Origin: Candidatus Woesearchaeota archaeon
GTDB taxonomy: Archaea > Nanobdellota > Nanobdellia > Woesearchaeales > GW2011-AR4
Reading direction: 5' to 3'
DNA length: 64,000 nucleotides
Assembly (NCBI GenBank): GCA_018303655.1
Contig: JAGVXT010000007.1
Span: 18,228-82,227, forward strand
This document shows, one piece after another, positions 55,660 to 64,000 of the stretch (position 1 is its first letter; each line of letters begins with the position of its first letter). The notes below the pieces were generated by a model, which was not told where the DNA came from, did no database searches, and saw only the letters and a list, made by a program, of their open reading frames with translations. The position numbers and the translations under genes were made by a program.

Positions 55660-57717
55660 ATGAAAAAGCTGGTGATAGGTTTGCTGTTAGTTATGATGCT
55701 GCCTCCTGCTGTTGCCGACTGGTTCTACAACAGCGAGAATATAATTGCAAACATTGACATCAGTGGAGATGCAGAGATTGTTCCGTTGACTCCAAGCGGC
55801 TACATTGAAACTGCAGCTATAAACATTACTTTTTTTCCAAAGCAGTATGATAATCAGGAATTGCTGAAGCTTTACACAAATCCAAAGGCAGAAATCAGCA
55901 AAGATTCATTAAAATTTGAATGGAAAAGGCCAGAGGGTAAGATTGATTTCAATGTTAATGCAGATGTTAAAATAACAAATAGGTTTCCGGAGATAAGGCA
56001 GAAAATAAATTTCCCGATTGAAGAGCTGCCAAAGGATACCCTATTATATACCAAGCCGAGTGAAACAATCGACTCGGGCAATGAAGATATCATAAGAATT
56101 GCATCCGAGCTTGCCAGGGGAGAGGATGACCTGTATGCTGCTGTGTTTAAGATTGCTGAATGGACAAAGCACAACATAGAATACAACTTAAGCACCTTGA
56201 CAGCTGAAGTAAGCCAGAAAGCATCATGGGTTCTACAGAACAAGCAGGGTGTTTGCGACGAATTAACTTCATTGTTCATAGCCTTGCTAAGGGCAGTTGG
56301 CATTCCTGCAAGGTTTGTATCAGGAATTTCATACACAAATTCTCCTTTGTTTCCGGAAAACTGGGGCGCGCATGGCTGGGCAGAGGTTTATTTTCCAGGA
56401 TATGGATGGATTCCATTTGATGTCACCTATGGCCAATTCGGATGGGTTGATCCTGCCCATATAAAATTCAAGGAGTCTGTTGATTCTGACGAGCCCTCAA
56501 CATATTACAATTGGCTGGGCAGGAATGCTGATTTGAAAACAAGAAAATTAGACATAAAAACAGAGCTAATAAGCAATACCGGCTATGCTAAAACTCCGCT
56601 TAATATGGAAATCTCCAATTTGAAAAAAGGAATCAGCTTTGGCTCTTACAATCTCCTCACTGCAACAATAGAAAATCCAAATGACTTTTATTATGCAACC
56701 GAGCTTCATCTGAGCAAGCCAAAAGAAGTGAAAATAATAGGAAATGAGCAGAAAAGCATTTTGCTGCTGCCAAAAGAAAAAAAGAAAGTATTTTGGATAC
56801 TAAAATTAGACAACAATCTGGACAGCAGGTATTCCTACACATTTCCATTGCTCGTGAGCACATCAAACAACATCTCATCAGAGACAAGCTTCATTGCAAA
56901 TATAAGGGAAAGAGATGTATCTTTCGATGAAGTCGAGCAAATAGCAAAATTGTTTGAAGAGGAAAAGGAAAAGAAATATTCCGGAAATGTTATTTTGGAC
57001 TGTAAAATAGGAAAAGGGGAATTTTACGAGTATGAAGATGTTGAAGTTCATTGCTATGCAAAAAACACAGGCAATGTATTCCTTGAAAATGCTGATGTCT
57101 GCTTTGAAGGCAAGTGCCAAAAAATAAGTTTGGGCATTTCGCAGGCAAAAAATGCTACATTCGAAGTAAACAATTCCATGATTGGACAAAGGCAAAGCGC
57201 AGTCACATTAAGAAATAAGCTTGTTTCAAAGGCATCTTACCTTGACTTCAAGGTTAATGATGCGCCAAAAATTGAAATCCAAAGAATTGGATTCCCATTA
57301 AATGTCTCCTACAATCAAAATTTTACAATTTTCTTTACACTGGCAAAAATTTCAGGCTCAAACCCAAAAAATATCAAAGTTATTTTTGCCCAAAACGGAA
57401 ACAAAAAGGAATGGGGCATCAATGAATTAACTGAAAACAGAATGTTTGTATTGAATTTCCTAGGAAGCCAGATGAAATATGGCAAAAATGACTACAAAAT
57501 ATATGCAAATTACCAGGACGGCTTGAACAAACAGTACAACACAAACAAAGAATTTTCAATAAGCTTAGTTAATGCTAGTTTATGGCAAAGGTTGTTATTA
57601 TTTTTCAACAATCTTGAAGGTATAAGCCTGCAGTCAGTTACCATCATGCTTTTGATTGTTGCTGCTGTGTTTATCGGGCTTTTTGCATGGATCTGGAGAA
57701 AGGGCAAAGGATATTAA
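55660..57717 (+). CDS. Transglutaminase-like (TGc) domain surface protein with a signal peptide and a C-terminal TM
   Basis: QGVCDELTSLFIALLRAVGIPARFVSG...HGWAEVYFPGYGWIPFDVT (Cys-His-Asp core), with the signal peptide MKKLVIGLLLVMMLPPAVA. Confidence 0.75.
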   Translation: MKKLVIGLLLVMMLPPAVADWFYNSENIIANIDISGDAEIVPLTPSGYIETAAINITFFPKQYDNQELLKLYTNPKAEISKDSLKFEWKRPEGKIDFNVNADVKITNRFPEIRQKINFPIEELPKDTLLYTKPSETIDSGNEDIIRIASELARGEDDLYAAVFKIAEWTKHNIEYNLSTLTAEVSQKASWVLQNKQGVCDELTSLFIALLRAVGIPARFVSGISYTNSPLFPENWGAHGWAEVYFPGYGWIPFDVTYGQFGWVDPAHIKFKESVDSDEPSTYYNWLGRNADLKTRKLDIKTELISNTGYAKTPLNMEISNLKKGISFGSYNLLTATIENPNDFYYATELHLSKPKEVKIIGNEQKSILLLPKEKKKVFWILKLDNNLDSRYSYTFPLLVSTSNNISSETSFIANIRERDVSFDEVEQIAKLFEEEKEKKYSGNVILDCKIGKGEFYEYEDVEVHCYAKNTGNVFLENADVCFEGKCQKISLGISQAKNATFEVNNSMIGQRQSAVTLRNKLVSKASYLDFKVNDAPKIEIQRIGFPLNVSYNQNFTIFFTLAKISGSNPKNIKVIFAQNGNKKEWGINELTENRMFVLNFLGSQMKYGKNDYKIYANYQDGLNKQYNTNKEFSISLVNASLWQRLLLFFNNLEGISLQSVTIMLLIVAAVFIGLFAWIWRKGKGY

Positions 57718-57905
57718 ATATTTTCCATATTATAAATAAATTTAATCATTTTCAAATAGTTTTCTATACGAGGAAATTTTTCAAATTTCCTGTTTCGAAA
57801 ATAAATTCTTTCTATATTGAAATTAATAAAAAATTGATTTATTGTATTTATTTTCGTTATAGTAAATTAATAAAATACAAAGTTTTATAAAGAAAACATC
57901 ATTCT

Positions 57906-59786
57906 TTGGCTGTTATCGAACAAATTAATATACAAGTAATAGAAAAGATTGTTCCTGATACTTCTGTCATAATTGAAGGGTTATTGTCAGAAAAGGTAAG
58001 GAACAGCCACATCAAATCAAATGAAATAATCATTCATGAAGCGGTTATTGCAGAGCTTGAGCACCAAGCCAATCTTGGCAAGGCAATAGGCTTTCTCGGC
58101 TTGGATGAGATAAAGAGAATAAAGAAGCTTTCAACTGAAAAAGGGTTTGAGCTTTCCTTCAAGGGTTCAAGGCCAAAGGCAGCTGAAATAAGGCATGCTT
58201 CTTTAGGTGAAATTGATTCCTTAATCAGGCAACTGGCTTTTGATGAAGATGCTACTTTGATAACATCAGACAAGGTGCAAAGCGAGGTTGCATTGGCAAA
58301 AGGGATGAAATCAATTTACTACAGAAGGCCTGAAAAAGGCTTGAGAAAATTAAAGCTTGATAGATTCTTTGATGAAACAACAATGAGCGTTCATCTAAGG
58401 GAAAATGTGCCTCCTTATGCAAAGAAAGGGGTGCCTGGCAACTGGGAGTTTAAAGAGCTAAGAAAGGCATTGCTAAGGCAAGAGGAAATACAGGGCATGT
58501 CCCGTGAGATTATAGAGGACGCAAAACTTAGAAAAGACGGCTTTATAGAAATTGAAAGAGCATGCTCAACCATAGTGCAGCTTGGAACCTTTAGAATTGT
58601 CATTACAAGGCCGCCTTTTAGCGATGGATGGGAGATAACAGCTGTAAGGCCTGTCAAGAGATTAAGCCTAAGCGATTACAAGATGAGCGACAAATTAACA
58701 GAAAGAATAGCCAAACAGGCGGAAGGGGTTCTTGTTGCAGGCGCTCCAGGCATGGGAAAAACAACATTTGCGCAGGCTTTAGCAGAATACTATGCCGATC
58801 AAAACAAGATAGTAAAGACAGTTGAAGCTCCTAGAGACCTAATTTTGCCGGAAAGGATAACACAATACGCAATTTCCTATGGCGATGCTCAGGAAATTCA
58901 TGATATTTTATTGCTTTCAAGGCCTGACTACACTATTTTTGACGAGATGAGAAACACAGATGACTTCAAGCTTTTTGCAGACTTAAGATTGGCGGGAGTT
59001 GGCATGGTTGGTGTTGTGCATGCAACATCACCAGTTGATGCAATCCAGAGATTTATTGGCAGGGTTGAAATGGGTGTTATTCCCCAAGTGATTGACACAG
59101 TTATTTTTATCAAGAACGGATTTGTAAACAAGGTTCTCGCTTTGAAAATGACCGTCAAGGTTCCATCAGGAATGACAGAGGCTGATCTTGCGCGTCCTGT
59201 TGTTGTTATCAACGATTTTGAAACAAACAAGCTAGAGTATGAAATCTACAGCTACGGCGAGCAGACAGTTGTGATTCCAGTGCAGGAAGGCAAAGGAAGA
59301 ACCGGAGCGCATAAGCTAGCCGAAGCCACAATATTATCCGAATTCCAAAAATACTCAAGAAATGTTGAAGTTGAGATGCTTTCCGACAACAAGTGCGCTG
59401 TTTATGTCCCCGAAGAGGATATAGCAAGGATTATCGGCAAGCAAGGGTCCACTATAACAAAAATTGAGGAAAAGCTCGGAATTGGGATTGATATCAAAAG
59501 CCTGAATGAAAAATATGATGTTAAAGGCAATGCCTATAATGTTAAAGGCGCTGCCAAAGAGCAAAAGGAAATTCCTTTTCAGCTTGATTTCAAGAAAAAC
59601 CAGCTTTTAATTGAGCTTGGAATGGACATGCAAAACCATGATGTTGACATTTATGTTGGAGATGAATTCATTTTAAGCGCTAAAGCCGGCAAAACCGGAT
59701 TAATCAAGATAAAGAAAAGCAACAACATCGGAAGAAGATTGATGGACGCCTTGAACAAGAAGGAGAAGTTAAGGCTGGTGGTTTAG
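57906..59786 (+). CDS. PIN-domain/PilT-like ATPase with a C-terminal KH domain (archaeal COG1855-type)
   Basis: N-terminal PIN-like IVPDTSVIIEG, Walker A GAPGMGKTT, and KH-like ARIIGKQGSTITKIEEKLG. Confidence 0.65.
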   Translation: MAVIEQINIQVIEKIVPDTSVIIEGLLSEKVRNSHIKSNEIIIHEAVIAELEHQANLGKAIGFLGLDEIKRIKKLSTEKGFELSFKGSRPKAAEIRHASLGEIDSLIRQLAFDEDATLITSDKVQSEVALAKGMKSIYYRRPEKGLRKLKLDRFFDETTMSVHLRENVPPYAKKGVPGNWEFKELRKALLRQEEIQGMSREIIEDAKLRKDGFIEIERACSTIVQLGTFRIVITRPPFSDGWEITAVRPVKRLSLSDYKMSDKLTERIAKQAEGVLVAGAPGMGKTTFAQALAEYYADQNKIVKTVEAPRDLILPERITQYAISYGDAQEIHDILLLSRPDYTIFDEMRNTDDFKLFADLRLAGVGMVGVVHATSPVDAIQRFIGRVEMGVIPQVIDTVIFIKNGFVNKVLALKMTVKVPSGMTEADLARPVVVINDFETNKLEYEIYSYGEQTVVIPVQEGKGRTGAHKLAEATILSEFQKYSRNVEVEMLSDNKCAVYVPEEDIARIIGKQGSTITKIEEKLGIGIDIKSLNEKYDVKGNAYNVKGAAKEQKEIPFQLDFKKNQLLIELGMDMQNHDVDIYVGDEFILSAKAGKTGLIKIKKSNNIGRRLMDALNKKEKLRLVV

Positions 59787-60836
59787 ATTTAGAGTATATG
59801 CTGCTTTTTCTGGTGATATGGGATTTACTGGAATCCTGCCAAATCTTTCTAATCCGCCATCTCTCTTTAATACAGGTGCTACTTCCAAGTGCCAATGATA
59901 ATGACTTTTTACCCCACTATTCAATGGCGCGGTATGCAGCCCAAAATTATATGAAACATTTGGAAATGTTCTCTCAAGTTTTCTAAAAATGTTTTGCACA
60001 ACCCTAGCAAGATGTGTCGCCTCCACATCACTAATCATATCATAATCAGCCTGATGCATCTTTGGGATTACCATCATTTCAAAAGGTGTACGAGATGCGT
60101 AAGGGGCAAAAGCAACAAAAAAAGGATTTTCATCTATAACTCTATGCCTATCTGATTCAACACCCTGCTTGTCTTTAACCTGCAATTCATGTAAAAGGAC
60201 ATTACAGTAACCACATTGTCCTTGTATTCGTGCGCGATTCTCCCCAATAAAGTATCTTGATGCACCTGCAATCTCATCGGTAATTTCAGGCATTGGAATA
60301 GGGGATACAATAAACTGCGTGTGTGGGTGTTCAAGCGAACCTGCTGCAAGCTCTCCTCTATTCTTGAAAATAAGAACATACTTTATCTGTTCCCCTTTTC
60401 TTTCACCAGCCAAAAGCTCTTTATAAAACCACAAAGATTCCCGTATTTGGCCTTCATCCCTTTGGTGAAGTTCTTCGTTATGGCGCGGCGTATCTACTAT
60501 GACATCATGTCTGCCGTTGATTGATCTTGAATTATAGAATATATTTTCATCATGCTCTGCATCGGCCACTTTTTGCTCAAGACCGTTTCCACCTGAGAAT
60601 ATAGGAAATTTGTTTGGAACTCCCCTTACCCACCAAAAACCGCCCTGACGATATGCCCATATTTCAGGGGGTGTTGCATTTTCGTTTCCCGGACAGAAAA
60701 AACACTCTATATCCTTGTCTGGAAGAACTTTAGGATTTTCCGGCAGGAAGTCCCCATTCGGTCTTTTGCTTCTTCCTTCTGCAATTGCCACATAGAGACC
60801 TGTTATTGGGTCCTGTCGTAATTCCCTTACATTCAT
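59769..60836 (-). CDS. Galactose-1-phosphate uridylyltransferase-like (GalT/HIT superfamily) nucleotidyltransferase
   Basis: CFFCPGNE zinc/active-site region and SLEHPHTQF (HxHxQ). The start was taken at the internal Met. Confidence 0.7.
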   Translation of the reverse strand: MNVRELRQDPITGLYVAIAEGRSKRPNGDFLPENPKVLPDKDIECFFCPGNENATPPEIWAYRQGGFWWVRGVPNKFPIFSGGNGLEQKVADAEHDENIFYNSRSINGRHDVIVDTPRHNEELHQRDEGQIRESLWFYKELLAGERKGEQIKYVLIFKNRGELAAGSLEHPHTQFIVSPIPMPEITDEIAGASRYFIGENRARIQGQCGYCNVLLHELQVKDKQGVESDRHRVIDENPFFVAFAPYASRTPFEMMVIPKMHQADYDMISDVEATHLARVVQNIFRKLERTFPNVSYNFGLHTAPLNSGVKSHYHWHLEVAPVLKRDGGLERFGRIPVNPISPEKAAYTLNLNHQP

Positions 60837-60940
60837 TACAAGTACACATCCTTTTTTGTTTATTACATTTTTGAAAATACTTATATTTATATCTTTGTTT
60901 TTCCGCAACCTTTTTATACATTTCAGCGAATTCTTTTATT

Positions 60941-62218
60941 ATGCTTGACATTAAATTCATCCGGGAAAACCCGCAGATTGTAAGGAAGGACCTGGAAAAG
61001 AGAAACGAGAAGGAAAAGCTGGAATGGCTTGATGATTTGCTGAAAAGCGATGTTGAATACAGAAAGCTATTGCAGGAAAACCAAAAGCTAAGGCAGAGAA
61101 GAAACGAGATAACTGACGAGATAAACAAGCTGAAGAAGCAAGGCGAAGACATTAAAGGAAAAGTGCAGGAAGCAAAGAAACTGCCTGCCAAGATAAAGCA
61201 AAGCGATGAAAAAATTGAAGAGTTAAAAAACAAAATAGAGTATTATTTGATGAGGCTGCCAAACATTTTGCATGAGTCTGTCCCTGTTGGAAAAGACGCA
61301 AATGACAATGCTGTTGTCAAGCAATGGGGGGAAAAGCCAAAATTCAATTTTGAGCTGAAACCTCATGGAGAATTGCTTCAGGAGCTTGGCTTGGCTAATT
61401 TTGAAAAAGCTGCCGAGGTATCAGGCCATGGCTTCTATTACTTGATGGGCGACATTGCAAGGCTTGAATTATCTTTGGTAAATTTTGCAGTTGATTTTCT
61501 GGGAAAAAAAGATTATCTTTTGATTCAGCCGCCTTTGATGATGAGAAGAAAGCCCTATGAAGGAGTTACTGACTTAAAGGATTTTGAGACAATGATGTAC
61601 AAGGTTGAAGACGAGGATTTGCTATTAATAGCAACATCAGAGCATCCGATTGCTGCAATGCTGATGAACGAAACTTTTGACGAAAAGCAGCTGCCTATGA
61701 AATTTATTGGATTGAGCCCGTGCTTCAGGAAAGAGCTGGGAAGCCACAGCATTGACACAAGGGGACTTTTCAGGGTGCATCATTTCAACAAGATAGAGCA
61801 GTTTATCTTCTGCAAGCCAGAGGACTCCTGGAAATTCCACGAGGAGCTTTTGAAAAATGGAGAAGATATATTCCAGCAGTTAAAATTGCCCTATAGGGTT
61901 GTCAATATATGCACAGGCGACATCGGGACAGTTGCTGCAAAAAAATACGACATAGAAGCATGGTTCCCTCGCGAAAATCTGTACAGGGAAGTGATAAGCT
62001 GCTCAAACTGCACTTCCTACCAGGCAACTAGGTTAAATATAAAGTACAGAAAAGGAGAGGAAAAAGAGTTCATGCACACGTTGAACAGCACTGCAATCGC
62101 AACCTCAAGGGCAATAAGGGCAATTGTCGAAAACTACCAGCAGAAAGACGGCACAATTAAAATACCCCAAGTTTTGCAGAAGTACATGGGAAAGAAAGTG
62201 ATTGGGGAGATTAAATGA
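60941..62218 (+). CDS. serS: Seryl-tRNA synthetase
   Basis: MLDIKFIRENP, an N-terminal coiled coil and class II motifs (FRKE, TSEHP, NSTAIATSR). Confidence 0.9.
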   Translation: MLDIKFIRENPQIVRKDLEKRNEKEKLEWLDDLLKSDVEYRKLLQENQKLRQRRNEITDEINKLKKQGEDIKGKVQEAKKLPAKIKQSDEKIEELKNKIEYYLMRLPNILHESVPVGKDANDNAVVKQWGEKPKFNFELKPHGELLQELGLANFEKAAEVSGHGFYYLMGDIARLELSLVNFAVDFLGKKDYLLIQPPLMMRRKPYEGVTDLKDFETMMYKVEDEDLLLIATSEHPIAAMLMNETFDEKQLPMKFIGLSPCFRKELGSHSIDTRGLFRVHHFNKIEQFIFCKPEDSWKFHEELLKNGEDIFQQLKLPYRVVNICTGDIGTVAAKKYDIEAWFPRENLYREVISCSNCTSYQATRLNIKYRKGEEKEFMHTLNSTAIATSRAIRAIVENYQQKDGTIKIPQVLQKYMGKKVIGEIK

Positions 62219-62532
62219 AGTTTATTAAATCATTTTTTTGTAAACATGAGTACTTAATACATGCTGTTATTCCAACAATAGATAATGAGATAATAGTAGG
62301 CTTAGTATGTAGGAAGTGTTTGTTTGATGATAAGATAGTTCATAATTTTTATTCAAGAGGATACAATATGGGTATTGAGAAAATGCTTATAGCAAATGGT
62401 TGGGTTACATTGAATAAAGATGGTAGCATCGCCAAAATTAATAAAGATAAAAATATCAATGTCCATATATTTAAAGATATGCTCAAAAAGGACGAAATAA
62501 AAATAAAGAAACTTACAGAGAAAGATGACTAA
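62215..62532 (+). CDS. Hypothetical protein
   Basis: An ORF that overlaps the serS stop. Confidence 0.3.
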   Translation: MKFIKSFFCKHEYLIHAVIPTIDNEIIVGLVCRKCLFDDKIVHNFYSRGYNMGIEKMLIANGWVTLNKDGSIAKINKDKNINVHIFKDMLKKDEIKIKKLTEKDD

Positions 62533-62741
62533 GTCCTTTTTATGTTAAAATAGAGATTGTGAAAATATTAAAAATGACTGAAAATGAAAAAGTGATTTTA
62601 GTTGGAATTTGTTTTTTAATTGCTATTGTATTAATCCAAATAATTAATTGGTTTTCAAAATTTTTTTAAAGTTTAGGTGACGCAAACTTATATCTCCTCT
62701 AATAGCAACATTTATATACCTTTTTTGTATTAATAAGTAAT

Positions 62742-62951
62742 ATGCCCAAAAAATATACGGTAATCATAGAGAAAGGCGAAGACGGCTATTTAATATCAGA
62801 TGTGGTTGAGCTGCCAGGCTGCCATACTCAGGCTAAGACATTTGACGAGTTGCTAAAAAGAACAAAAGAAGCCATTTCAGTATACCTTAAATCTACCAAA
62901 GACAAGGATATTTATTCTGAGTTTATAGGTGTGCAGCAAATAGAGGTATAA
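62742..62951 (+). CDS. hicB: HicB-family antitoxin
   Basis: YTVIIEKGEDGYLISDVVELPGCHTQAKTFDEL. Confidence 0.75.
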   Translation: MPKKYTVIIEKGEDGYLISDVVELPGCHTQAKTFDELLKRTKEAISVYLKSTKDKDIYSEFIGVQQIEV

Positions 62952-63179
62952 ATGCCGAAATTGCCTTTATTAACGGCAAAAGAATTAGCTAAAGTTCTTG
63001 GAAAACTCGGATTTGAATTCAAAAGGCAGGAAGGAAGTCATATGTTTTTCGAGCACAAAGACGGGCGAACAACCATTATACCCAATCATCCTAAAGAAGA
63101 TATAGATAGGGGACTTCTTAACAAGATAGTGAAGCATGACTTAAAAATAACAAGAGAAGAATTTTTAACAAACCTATAA
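62952..63179 (+). CDS. hicA: HicA-family mRNA interferase toxin
   Basis: KELAKVLGKLGFEFKRQEGSHMFFEHKDGRTTIIPNH. Confidence 0.75.
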   Translation: MPKLPLLTAKELAKVLGKLGFEFKRQEGSHMFFEHKDGRTTIIPNHPKEDIDRGLLNKIVKHDLKITREEFLTNL

Positions 63180-63181
63180 AA

Positions 63182-63466
63182 ATGGCAAAAATTCATGGAC
63201 TAGTGTACATTTTAGTTGGATTGTTTGTCTCGATATTTTCATGGAGATTAAATTATGAAAAGCTGATTTTTTTCTTTTATGCTGGATGGATATTTGTTTT
63301 TATCGGCGTTGTAAAGTTAATTTTTAATTTGATAAAAACAAAGATGAACAAAAAGGAAAAAATTCATCATAAAAGCGTGCAGCAGCACGTTAAGTTTTGC
63401 CATAATTGCGGTATTGCATTAAGGCAGCAGGCAAAATTCTGCGCAAGATGCGGCGCAAGGGTTTAG
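63182..63466 (+). CDS. Membrane protein with a C-terminal zinc ribbon
   Basis: Two TM segments followed by CHNCG...CARCG. Confidence 0.45.
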   Translation: MAKIHGLVYILVGLFVSIFSWRLNYEKLIFFFYAGWIFVFIGVVKLIFNLIKTKMNKKEKIHHKSVQQHVKFCHNCGIALRQQAKFCARCGARV

Positions 63467-63503
63467 CAAAATATATAAATCATTAAAATTTTATAGACAT
63501 AAA

Positions 63504-64000
63504 ATGTGCTCTCTGTTCAAGGACATTCTGGGAAGCTCTGAAAGCCTGTTCAAGGAGAAAAGCGACGTTCCGCTAGATTTTTCCTTCATACCCAAGCTTG
63601 TTCCTTACAGGGAAAGGGAGCAAAGGGCAATTGCATCCTGCATAAAGCCGCTGTTCAATGAAAAAACCGGCAGGCACTGCTTCATTTACGGCCAGCCCGG
63701 AATCGGAAAAACAGTTGCATGCAGGCATCTTTTGAGGGAAATCCAGGAAGAGACCGATGACATAGTGCCTCTTTACATAAACTGCTGGAAGCACAACACA
63801 ACCTACAAGATAGTGATTGAAATCTGCGATTTGATGGACTTCAAGTTTGTTCAGAACAAGAAGACAGAAGAATTGTTCAGGTGGATAAAGCAGAACTTGA
63901 ATAAAAAATCCGTTGTTTTTGTGCTTGATGAATCAGATAAGCTTGAAGATTTGGATTTTCTTTACATGATACTGGAAGAGATAGAAAGAAAGGCAATAGT
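63504..64000 (+). CDS. cdc6: Orc1/Cdc6 replication initiator (5' partial, runs off the window)
   Basis: PKLVPYREREQRAIASCIKPLF.....HCFIYGQPGIGKT (Walker A) and VFVLDESD (Walker B). Confidence 0.85.
   Translation, partial: MCSLFKDILGSSESLFKEKSDVPLDFSFIPKLVPYREREQRAIASCIKPLFNEKTGRHCFIYGQPGIGKTVACRHLLREIQEETDDIVPLYINCWKHNTTYKIVIEICDLMDFKFVQNKKTEELFRWIKQNLNKKSVVFVLDESDKLEDLDFLYMILEEIERKAI

Noticed and set aside
63573-63794. 73-aa minus-strand ORF
   Set aside because: It lies entirely antisense to the clearly recognisable Orc1/Cdc6 coding sequence, which includes the Walker A motif.
1-64000. CRISPR arrays, rRNA genes or a bacterial origin for the contig (because of the ECF sigma factor, bacterial-type AspRS and GatCAB)
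   Set aside because: The repeats are irregularly spaced, palindromic and lack unique spacers. No rRNA-like sequence was seen. Orc1/Cdc6, aIF5A, HerA-Mre11, BHB-intron tRNAs and TATA-box spacing make an archaeal origin much more likely.

Overview
This 64-kb, AT-rich window has archaeal gene content: Orc1/Cdc6, HerA-Mre11, aIF5A, RtcB plus archease, a FlaI/FlaJ-type pilus ATPase and platform, translin, archaeal RNase HII, and TATA boxes about 25-33 nt upstream of the tRNA genes. The small-genome, DPANN-like flavour is inference only. Housekeeping genes include class II RNR, bacterial-type AspRS, gatC-gatA-gatB, SerRS, ITPase, a pseudouridine synthase and peroxiredoxin/ferritin. They are interleaved with accessory material: MNT-HepT, HicAB and PIN/HTH toxin-antitoxin-like pairs, a DUF5131(Gp37/Gp68)-TcmP island, a free-standing LAGLIDADG ORF, an ECF sigma factor, a roughly 2090-aa surface protein and a transglutaminase-like protein. 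No rRNA or CRISPR array was seen. The main result is an intron theme. All three tRNA genes carry bulge-helix-bulge (BHB) introns at non-canonical positions. Two protein-coding genes, rtcB (the RNA-splicing ligase) and rnhB (RNase HII), are each interrupted inside a highly conserved motif by a short insert of 30 nt and 22 nt. In both, the reading-frame-restoring boundaries coincide exactly with hand-folded BHB geometry. Several families of GC-rich or palindromic intergenic repeats are also dispersed through the window. All structures and domain calls were made by eye and no searches or folding programs were run.
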